Assembly (NCBI GenBank): GCA_017882785.1
Contig: JADGOV010000005.1
Location: forward strand, 1 to 63,946
DNA length: 63,946 nucleotides
Origin: Frankiaceae bacterium
Lineage (GTDB): Bacteria; Actinomycetota; Actinomycetes; JADGOV01
Direction of reading: 5' to 3'
The position numbers and the translations under genes are program-made. Below, piece after piece: positions 45,809-53,811 of this stretch. Every line of letters starts with the position of its first letter. Within the stretch, counting starts at the first letter, position 1. The notes beneath the pieces are model-generated. The model saw only the letters and a list, made by a program, of their open reading frames with translations. It was not told the origin of the DNA and searched no databases.

Positions 45809-45828
45809 CCGGCCGGGAACAGCCTGGC

Positions 45829-47031
45829 TCAGGTCCGCAGCTTGTACTCCTCGAGCAGCCGCCGACCGATGATCATCTTCTGGATCTCGGCAGTGCCCTC
45901 GCCGATGAGCAGCATGGGCGCCTCCCGGTACAGCCGCTCGATCTCGTACTCCTTGGAGTAGCCGTAACCGCCGTGGATCCGGAATGAGTCCTCCACGACC
46001 TCCTTGCAGTACTCCGACGCGAGCAGCTTGGCCATCCCGGCTTCGACGTCGTTGCGCTCGCCGGAGTCCTTCGTCCGCGCGGCCATGACCATCATGGCGT
46101 GGGCCGCCTCCACCTTCGTGGCCATCTCGGCCAGCTTGAACTGGATGGCCTGGTGCTGGGCGATCTGCTTGCCGAAGGTCTCCCGCTGTTGGGCGTAGGC
46201 GATGCCAAGCTCGAAGGCGCGCTGCGCGACCCCGCAGCCGCGGGCGGCGACGTTCACCCGGCCGACCTCCACGCCGTCCATCATCTGGTAGAAGCCCTTG
46301 CCGACCCCGTCGGCACCGCCGAGGGCGCTGCTGGCCGGCACCCGGGTGTTCTCCAGGACCATCTCGGTGGTCTCGACACCCTTGTAGCCCATCTTCTCGA
46401 TCTTGGGCGGTATCGTCACGCCGTTACCGGCGTCGCCGATGCCGGGTTCCTTCTCCACGAGGAACGTCGTCATGTTGCGGTACACCGAGTCCGCGCCGGT
46501 GTCGGTCTTGACCAGAACGGCGACCACACTGGAGCGCGCCCCGTTGGTCAGCCACATCTTCTGGCCATTGATCACGAAGTCGTCGCCGTCCTGCACGGCA
46601 CGACTCTTGATCGCCGAGACGTCGGAGCCGCAGCCCGGTTCGCTCATCGAGAAGGCACCCCGGATCTCACCGGTCGCCATCCGGGGTAGGAAGTGTTCCT
46701 GCTGCTCCTTGCTACCGTGCTGCTTGATCATGTACGCCACGATGAAGTGGGTGTTGATGATCCCGCTGACGCTCATCCAGCCGCGGGCGAGCTCCTCGAC
46801 ACAGAGCGCGTAGGTGAGCAGCGACTCACCGAGGCCGCCGTACTCCTCCGGGATCATGAGGCCGAAGAGCCCCATCTCCTTCATGCCCTCGACGATGGCA
46901 TCCGGGAACTCGTCCTTGTGCTCCAGCTCGGTCGCGTAGGGAATGATCTCTTTGTCCACGTAATCGCGAACTGTGGAGACGATCTCCTGCTGGATGTCGT
47001 TGAGCCCTTCGGTCTGCGCTAGCCGGCCCAT
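45829..47031 (-). CDS. Acyl-CoA dehydrogenase
   Basis: FSMSEPGCGSD, NGQKMWLTNG, IHGGYGY and IGEGT.EIQ. Confidence 0.95.
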   Translation of the reverse strand: MGRLAQTEGLNDIQQEIVSTVRDYVDKEIIPYATELEHKDEFPDAIVEGMKEMGLFGLMIPEEYGGLGESLLTYALCVEELARGWMSVSGIINTHFIVAYMIKQHGSKEQQEHFLPRMATGEIRGAFSMSEPGCGSDVSAIKSRAVQDGDDFVINGQKMWLTNGARSSVVAVLVKTDTGADSVYRNMTTFLVEKEPGIGDAGNGVTIPPKIEKMGYKGVETTEMVLENTRVPASSALGGADGVGKGFYQMMDGVEVGRVNVAARGCGVAQRAFELGIAYAQQRETFGKQIAQHQAIQFKLAEMATKVEAAHAMMVMAARTKDSGERNDVEAGMAKLLASEYCKEVVEDSFRIHGGYGYSKEYEIERLYREAPMLLIGEGTAEIQKMIIGRRLLEEYKLRT

Positions 47032-47216
47032 GTCGGCGTCCTCCTCGGGATATCCCATGATCTGCGGGCCCGGCGGCGGGACTCCCGCACTTCCCGCCAT
47101 TATCCGCGCTCCGTCGCCCGGCTGTGCGTCGGGGTGGCGGATCGTCGCGTGGGGTCACCCGGCGGTGCACCCGGCCCGGCCGTACGCGGTCGGGGGCGAC
47201 GCCGCCGAGGCGGGAC

Positions 47217-48182
47217 TCAGTCCGGCGGTGGCTCGAACTTCTTCGTCCGGGCCATACCGGCCGCCCGGCCCTTGGCTGCGATCACCAGCGCCATCTTCCG
47301 CGAGGCCTCGTCGATCATTTCATCGCCGATCATCGCCGCCCCGAGGAGGCCGCCTTCGGGCGAGGTGTAGTGCGCGTAGGCGTCGAGCACCAACTCGGCC
47401 CAGTCGTAGTCCTCCTGGCGCGGGGAATACACCTCGTTGGCCGCGTCGACCTGGCCGGGGTGCAGGACCCACTTGCCGTCGAACCCGAGCGCGGCCGACC
47501 GACCCGCCACCTCGCGGAAGGCGTCGACGTCACGGATCTGCAGGAACGGACCGTCGATGGCCTGCACACCCTTGGCGCGGGCAGCCAGCAGGATGGACAT
47601 GAGGATGTGATGGTAGGGGTCGCCCGGATACTCACTGATCAACCCGCCGACCACGGTGGTCCGCATCTGGATGGACGCGAGGAAGTCGGCCGGCCCGAAG
47701 ATGACGGTCTCGATGCGGTCGCTGGCGAAGGCGATGTCCTTGGCATTGATCAGACCGATGGCGTTCTCGATCTGCGCCTCGATGCCGATCCGACCGACCT
47801 CGAACCCCATCGTGGTCTCGATCTGGGTCAGCAACACGTCCAGCCAGTGCACCTGCTCCGCTGACTGCACCTTGGGCAACATGACGCAGTCCAGGTTGGC
47901 TCCGGCCCCTTCGACGACCTCGATCACGTCGCGGTAGGTCCACTTGGTGGTGAGGTCGTTGACGCGGACGACACGCGTCTTGCCCGTCCAGTCCCCGGTG
48001 TTCAGTGCGGCCACGATGTTCTTCCGAGCGCCCTCCTTGGCGCCCGGCGCCACCGCGTCCTCGAGGTCGAGGAAGACCTGGTCGGCCGGCAGACCCTGGG
48101 CCTTCTCCATCATCTTCGTGGAGCTACCGGGCACCGCAAGACAGGAGCGGCGAGGGCGCAGGGCGGGCGACACGGCATCCAT
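47217..48182 (-). CDS. CitE/HpcH-family CoA-ester lyase
   Basis: RRSCLAVPGS, LDLEDAVAP, LPKV, FGPADF and GKWVLHP.Q. Confidence 0.93.
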   Translation of the reverse strand: MDAVSPALRPRRSCLAVPGSSTKMMEKAQGLPADQVFLDLEDAVAPGAKEGARKNIVAALNTGDWTGKTRVVRVNDLTTKWTYRDVIEVVEGAGANLDCVMLPKVQSAEQVHWLDVLLTQIETTMGFEVGRIGIEAQIENAIGLINAKDIAFASDRIETVIFGPADFLASIQMRTTVVGGLISEYPGDPYHHILMSILLAARAKGVQAIDGPFLQIRDVDAFREVAGRSAALGFDGKWVLHPGQVDAANEVYSPRQEDYDWAELVLDAYAHYTSPEGGLLGAAMIGDEMIDEASRKMALVIAAKGRAAGMARTKKFEPPPD

Positions 48183-48302
48183 CCAACGATCCTACCGACG
48201 GGATGCGGTCCGGCTACGCGACGGGTGCAGCGGCCACCTCGGGGTATTCGGAACGAACCACGGTCGCAATGCCGGCGATACGGCCGTGGCAGGCTGGCCG
48301 GC

Positions 48303-48860
48303 GTGACCGTACAGACCGGCCCGCCGGAGGATGCTCCCCTCCCGACCAGGGTCCAGGAGGTGGCCGTCATCGAGGAGGCCAGCAAGAAGTCGGGCCTGCT
48401 GTGGCTGCGCGGCGGCCAGTACGGCGGCCAGGGTCGCGCGCAGGCCGTGTGGCACCTGTGGCACGAGGGGGCCGCGTATGTGCTCTGCGGGGGCGAGGAG
48501 CAGCCCGCCCCCGATCTGGACACCGGCACGCGAGTCGCGGTCAGTGTGCGCAGCAAGGACAACGGCGCGCGCCTGGTGGTCTGGGAGGCGGAGACCGAGC
48601 GGGTGGCGCCGGGCTCCGAGCTGTGGCAGGCCGTCATTCCACTGCTCGCCGCCAAGCGGTTGAACGCCCCCGACGGTCCGGCGGCGGCGCAGCGGTGGGC
48701 GAGGTCGAGCGAGGTGTACCGGCTGGTGCCGACCGGTGTGCTGCTGGAGTCCTGGCGGGACCCCGACCGGCGCAGCGGGGCAGCGACGCCATCCCCGACG
48801 CCAGCCGCCAACCACGTGCGTACGCCCTATGTCTTGGGCGGAAGGCGCCGTTCTGGTTGA
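48303..48860 (+). CDS. Conserved hypothetical protein (possible split-barrel fold)
   Basis: IEEA.KKSGLLW, AVWHLW, RSKD.G.RL and KRLNA; coding-like composition. Confidence 0.75.
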   Translation: MTVQTGPPEDAPLPTRVQEVAVIEEASKKSGLLWLRGGQYGGQGRAQAVWHLWHEGAAYVLCGGEEQPAPDLDTGTRVAVSVRSKDNGARLVVWEAETERVAPGSELWQAVIPLLAAKRLNAPDGPAAAQRWARSSEVYRLVPTGVLLESWRDPDRRSGAATPSPTPAANHVRTPYVLGGRRRSG

Positions 48861-48895
48861 TGCCGTCCGGGTTGGATGACGTCCGGGCGGTACGT

Positions 48896-49411
48896 TCAGA
48901 AGAGCCGGTAGCTCGCGCGTCCCATGGTGAAACCGTGCCGGCTGTGCAGATCCTCGCAGCGCAGTCCGCTTCGCCGGCTCGTGCACTTCAACGTGCCGGC
49001 CTGGAGCGCAGAACCGTAGGCGAGTCGGCGCTTGGCCAACGCAATCGCGTCCCCGACGCAGAGGAAACGTGATCCTGCTGTGCTCAGCCCGACCGCCGTC
49101 CCCCAGTCCAGCACGCAGTCCGCCGGCTTCGGCGGTGGCTGCCAGGTCCGCTCCCGGATGTCACAACGCACGAAGGTCCGGCTGAGGGCACAATTGATAT
49201 TGCCGCTGGGGGTGCCGAAGGTGGTGGTGCGCGTAACGCCCGTGGTGAGTGGCCGCTCGGGCGTGGCCGACAGCGACCCCGCAGCTGAACGTGAAGCCGA
49301 CCGTGACTGCAAGGAGTCCTCGGCCCGCCCCGCCGCTGCGCACCCGCCGATCACGAGGAACCCGGCCACGCACAGCCAGGGCACGACTGTTGAACGGGGA
49401 GGTAGGTGCAC
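48896..49411 (-). CDS. Secreted/lipoprotein, DUF6636-like
   Basis: GGC lipobox-like site; F.TPSGNI.C...C, L.YG and C.S...GL.C. Confidence 0.75.
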   Translation of the reverse strand: MHLPPRSTVVPWLCVAGFLVIGGCAAAGRAEDSLQSRSASRSAAGSLSATPERPLTTGVTRTTTFGTPSGNINCALSRTFVRCDIRERTWQPPPKPADCVLDWGTAVGLSTAGSRFLCVGDAIALAKRRLAYGSALQAGTLKCTSRRSGLRCEDLHSRHGFTMGRASYRLF

Positions 49412-49540
49412 GAAGGTGAAGATAGGGCCTCGGTGGGCACCCCGCAGCGAAGCTGGGCGATAAGCCAGACGGACTGAGGTGGTTTGCGAGGATGCCGCGG
49501 CATCCTCAGCCCAGGACTGCCACGACGGTAACCTGCCGGG

Positions 49541-50809
49541 GTGAGCGGGCCGCCGCAACGCGTCTTTGTCGCTCGCCTCGCCGGCGTCGCCGTCTTCGAT
49601 CCCTACGGTGATCAGGTCGGACGGGTGCGCGACGTCGTCGTCGTGCTGCGTATCGGGCGACAACCGCCACGGGTGCTGGGGCTGGTCATGGAGGTCCAGC
49701 CGCGCCGCCGGGTGTTCGTCCCTATGGGCCGGGTCCGCGGTATCGAGGCCGACCAGGTGATCATCACTGGCGCTGTCAGCCTGCGGCGCTTCGAGCAGCG
49801 GGCCGGGGAAACGATGGCCATCGGGGAACTGCTGGACCGCAAGGTCACCCGGCTCGACGACGACACGACGGTCACCGTGATCGATGTCGGTCTGGAACAG
49901 ACTCGGACCCGCGACTGGCTGGTGACCAAGGTCGCGGTGCGCACCCCCAACCGAGGAATGCGTCGGCGCGGACAGCTCTCGGTGCTGGCCTGGGACACGG
50001 TCACCGGCTTCTCGCTGCCCGAGGAGGGCCAGGGCGCGGCCAACATGCTGGCGGCCTTCGACCAACTGCGAGCGGCGGACCTGGCCAACGTCCTGCACGA
50101 ACTGTCACCGAAGCGCCGCTCCGAGGTGGCCGCGGCATTGGATGACGAGCGGTTGGCCGACGTGCTGGAGGAGCTGCCCGAGGACGACCAGGTGGAGATT
50201 CTCGGCAAGTTGGAAGAGAAGCGGGCGGCGGACGTGCTGGAGGCCATGGCCCCCGACGACGCCGCGGATCTGCTCGGTGAGCTGCCGACGCATGAGCAGG
50301 AACGCCTGCTCGAGCTGATGCAGCCGGACGAGGCGGGCCCAGTGCGCCGGTTGTTGAGCTACTCCGAAGACACTGCCGGCGGGCTGATGACCACCGAGCC
50401 GGTCATCCTGCCGCCGGACGCGACGGTTGCCGAGGCGTTGGCCCGGGTCCGCAACCCCGAACTGACCCCGGCACTGGCCAGCCAGGTCTTCGTCTGCCGA
50501 TCACCGACTGCTACCCCCACCGGGCGCTATCTCGGCATCGCGCACATCCAGCGGCTGCTCCGGGAGCCGCCCTCCTCGCTGGTCAGTGGCGTCGTGGACA
50601 GGGACATCGACCCGTTGACGCCGGATGTTCCGCTGGCGGTGATCACGAGCCACCTCGCCACCTACAACCTCGTCGCCGTGCCTGTGGTCGACGACGGCGA
50701 CCACCTGCTCGGCGCGGTCACGGTGGACGATGTGCTGGACCACCTGCTGCCAGCGGACTGGCGGGACCACGCTCCCGGCGAGGAGGGGTCAGCCGATGGC
50801 TCGCGGTGA
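49541..50809 (+). CDS. MgtE intracellular N-domain/CBS protein
   Basis: ADLA, DDAADLL, TAGGLMT and LGAVTVDDVLD. Confidence 0.92.
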   Translation: MSGPPQRVFVARLAGVAVFDPYGDQVGRVRDVVVVLRIGRQPPRVLGLVMEVQPRRRVFVPMGRVRGIEADQVIITGAVSLRRFEQRAGETMAIGELLDRKVTRLDDDTTVTVIDVGLEQTRTRDWLVTKVAVRTPNRGMRRRGQLSVLAWDTVTGFSLPEEGQGAANMLAAFDQLRAADLANVLHELSPKRRSEVAAALDDERLADVLEELPEDDQVEILGKLEEKRAADVLEAMAPDDAADLLGELPTHEQERLLELMQPDEAGPVRRLLSYSEDTAGGLMTTEPVILPPDATVAEALARVRNPELTPALASQVFVCRSPTATPTGRYLGIAHIQRLLREPPSSLVSGVVDRDIDPLTPDVPLAVITSHLATYNLVAVPVVDDGDHLLGAVTVDDVLDHLLPADWRDHAPGEEGSADGSR

Positions 50810-51317
50810 GACCAGGCGGCCACGACTGGACCAGCCCAAGGGGGCCGGTCGGTCGCTGCGCCGGCCTCGGGTGGATCCGGAAGCGGCTGGCCGGCTCTCG
50901 GACCGGATCGCGCGCTTCATCGGTACGTGGAAGTTCATCGGCTACATGACGTTGGCCATCGGCGCGTGGATCGGCTGGAACGTGCTGGGGCCCGACCACT
51001 ACCGCTTCGACACCTACGCGAACAAGTTCACCCTGCTGACGCTGCTGTTGTCCTTGCAGGCCTCCTACGCCGCGCCTCTCATCCTGCTCTCGCAGAACCG
51101 GCAGGCCGACCGCGACCGCGTGCAGTACGACGACGACCGGGCCCAGGACGAGCGGTCGATCGCCGACACCGAGTTCCTCACCCGCGAGATTGCCGCATTG
51201 CGGATCGCCCTTGGCGAGGTGGCCACCCGGGACTACCTGCGGTCGGAGCTGCAGCGATTCCTCGAGGACGTGCGGGACGGTACGAGCCGGGACTCGCTGG
51301 AGGATCGCAGCCGCTGA
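50796..51317 (+). CDS. DUF1003 membrane protein
   Basis: LSLQASYAAPLILLSQNRQADRDR. Confidence 0.92.
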   Translation: MARGETRRPRLDQPKGAGRSLRRPRVDPEAAGRLSDRIARFIGTWKFIGYMTLAIGAWIGWNVLGPDHYRFDTYANKFTLLTLLLSLQASYAAPLILLSQNRQADRDRVQYDDDRAQDERSIADTEFLTREIAALRIALGEVATRDYLRSELQRFLEDVRDGTSRDSLEDRSR

Positions 51318-51392
51318 GCCGTCGTCACGGGTTGGGCGCTGGGGCTGGGCTGGGGCGGGATTGTGCTGGTTGGGCCGTAGACTAGGTGGGAC

Positions 51393-52529
51393 ATGACTGC
51401 ACTCCCTGCCGTCGAGGCGATCACTCGCGCTCTGGCCACAGTCCACGACCCGGAGATCCACCGACCGATCACCGAGTTGAACATGGTGAAGGCGGTGGAC
51501 GTGGCCGCGGACGGGAGCGTCGATGTCGCCGTTTTCCTCACTGTGGCCGGCTGCCCCATGCGCGACAAGATCACCACCGATGTGACCCGCGCCGTGGCCG
51601 GCGTTGCCGGCGTCACCGGCGTCCGGGTTGCGCTGGATGTCATGAGTGACGAGCAGCGCAAGGCGCTACAGACCCAGCTCCGCGGCGGTCAGGAGCAGCG
51701 TGAGGTCCCCTTCGGAAAGCCGGACTCGCTGACCCGGGTGTTCGGCATCGCCAGTGGCAAGGGTGGTGTGGGCAAGTCCTCGGTGACGGTCAATCTGGCG
51801 GTCGCCATGGCCGCGGATGGCCTGGCCGTCGGTGTGGTGGACGCCGACATCTACGGCCACTCGATTCCGCGCATGCTGCGGGTGACCCAGGCGCCGACCA
51901 AGGTCGAGGACATGATCATGCCGCCGTCGGCGTACGGCGTGAAGGTCGTCTCGATTGGCATGTTCAGCGCTGGCCGACCCGTCACCTGGCGTGGCCCGAT
52001 GCTGCACCGCGCCCTGCAGCAGTTCCTGACCGACTTCTACTGGGGCGACCTCGACATCCTGCTGCTCGACCTGCCACCGGGCACCGGCGACATCGCGATC
52101 TCACTTGGCCAGTTGATCCCGTCCGCGGAACTCATCGTCGTCACCACGCCGCAGTTGGCCGCGAGCGAAGTCGCCGAACGGGCCGGGGCGGTGGCCATCC
52201 AACTCCGACAGAACGTCGCCGGCGTGATCGAGAACATGGCCGGCCTGCCCTGCCCGCACTGCGGTGAGATGGTCGACGTTTTCGGCTCCGGGGGTGGCGG
52301 GGCAACGGCACGGGCCTTGGAGCAGACCATGGGCGTGCCCGTACCACTCCTCGCCTCCATCCCGATCGACCTGCGACTCCGCGAGGGCGGCGACACCGGA
52401 TACCCCATAGTGCTCTCGGCACCGGACTCACCAGCTGCGCAAGCCCTCCGCAGCGTCGCCAACCGGCTTGGTCACCGCTCCCGCGGGCTGGTCGGCCGGC
52501 CGCTGAATCTGACGCCCGTCGGACGGTAG
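51393..52529 (+). CDS. mrp: Mrp/NBP35 Fe-S carrier ATPase
   Basis: V.DPEI, GCP, SGKGGVGKS, WRGPMLH, DLPPGTGD and CPHC. Confidence 0.95.
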   Translation: MTALPAVEAITRALATVHDPEIHRPITELNMVKAVDVAADGSVDVAVFLTVAGCPMRDKITTDVTRAVAGVAGVTGVRVALDVMSDEQRKALQTQLRGGQEQREVPFGKPDSLTRVFGIASGKGGVGKSSVTVNLAVAMAADGLAVGVVDADIYGHSIPRMLRVTQAPTKVEDMIMPPSAYGVKVVSIGMFSAGRPVTWRGPMLHRALQQFLTDFYWGDLDILLLDLPPGTGDIAISLGQLIPSAELIVVTTPQLAASEVAERAGAVAIQLRQNVAGVIENMAGLPCPHCGEMVDVFGSGGGGATARALEQTMGVPVPLLASIPIDLRLREGGDTGYPIVLSAPDSPAAQALRSVANRLGHRSRGLVGRPLNLTPVGR

Positions 52530-52783
52530 CCGGCGGGAAGGCGGGGGGTCGGCGCCGAACGTGGCCGCTCAGCGCTCAACTGGCGAGTCGGAGGTCTCGG
52601 CCAGGATCAGCTGATTTCCTGCGCTGATGCCGGGACATCGGTGATCAGCGGATCGTATGCGGTGACATGCAGAACGCTGGGCAAGTCGTCTGTCTGGGGA
52701 GCGCCAGACCGACGCCGCGGGTACAACCCAACAGCCCAGCCACCCGCCCACGGCCACCGCCCACATGAGCCTGAGCGCCCAGG

Positions 52784-53425
52784 TCAGTCCCACATGGACT
52801 CGTCCAGCCCGACCGCCGCCAGCTCCTTCCGCAGCCGCGCGAGGCAGCGAGCCCGCGTCGGGCCGATGCTTCCGATCGGCATGTCCAGGGAAGCGGCCAC
52901 CTCCACGTAGCTCGGCGGCGGACTGGCCATCAACACGGTGAGCAGGCGCTGGTCACGCTCTGGGAGACGAGCCAACGCCGCCTGTACCCGCAGGTCGCGG
53001 TCGCACGCCACCGCGGTGGCTTCCGGACCACGCTGGTCGTCAGCCAACTGGAGATCGTCCAGCACGTCGCTGAGGTACTCCCTGGATCGGCTCTGAAGGA
53101 GGCGCAGGCACTCCCGGCGAACAGTGGTTGCCAGCCATACGCCCACTTTGTCCGGGTCGCGAACGCGGTCGATGTTCTCCGCCAGGCGCAACCAGGCCGT
53201 CTGCACGACGTCGGCACTGCTGGCGTCGCCGAGCCGGAAGGACCGGGCTACCGCCCACAGCAGGCCGGTGTGCCGCTCGACCAGCGACCCCCACGCCGAC
53301 TCACTGCCCGCGGCCGCCCGCCTGAGGAGGTGCCCGCTCGCCGGAGCATTCGGTGCGTCGCCCGAGGTCTCTTCGATACCGACGTCTTCCGTCGACGCGG
53401 TGACTGCTTCGCTACTGGAGTACAC
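52784..53425 (-). CDS. ECF sigma-70 factor
   Basis: Region 2 (ADVVQTAWLRL...WLATTVRRE) and region 4 (SYVEVAASLDMPIGSIGPTRARCL); AAAGGA RBS. Confidence 0.92.
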   Translation of the reverse strand: MYSSSEAVTASTEDVGIEETSGDAPNAPASGHLLRRAAAGSESAWGSLVERHTGLLWAVARSFRLGDASSADVVQTAWLRLAENIDRVRDPDKVGVWLATTVRRECLRLLQSRSREYLSDVLDDLQLADDQRGPEATAVACDRDLRVQAALARLPERDQRLLTVLMASPPPSYVEVAASLDMPIGSIGPTRARCLARLRKELAAVGLDESMWD

Positions 53426-53811
53426 GGCTTGTCCTTTCCGTCACCACGGGAGCGGCCGGCCGGCGGGGGTACGGGTGTCCGGCTCGGGCGCCGGGCGACG
53501 GACCGGCGGGCGGGAGATGCGGATGCAACGCACTTCGGCCTCCTCAACACTTGGGCGAACATTGGGCGGGATTCCCGCGACCTGTTGCGAGGGTGCGCGC
53601 CGCCCGCTCACCGCGCATTCGGCAAGCGCCTAGGGTTACCAGGCGGGGATGTTTACGACCAGCCCGTTGCCGCCCTATACGAGGCCCCGTCGTCGACGGG
53701 TCAGCTCCGCCGGTGACCAGCGGTGCTCGGGTGCCTACGGTCACGCAACGCAAGCGATCCACGGCCCCGAAAGAGTTTGGTTGCTCACCGTGAGCAGGGC
53801 AGACTCGTCAC

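Noticed and set aside
52530-52783. Anti-sigma gene downstream of the ECF sigma
   Set aside because: The only candidate (74-aa ORF 52569-52793) has no recognisable motif and does not look coding.
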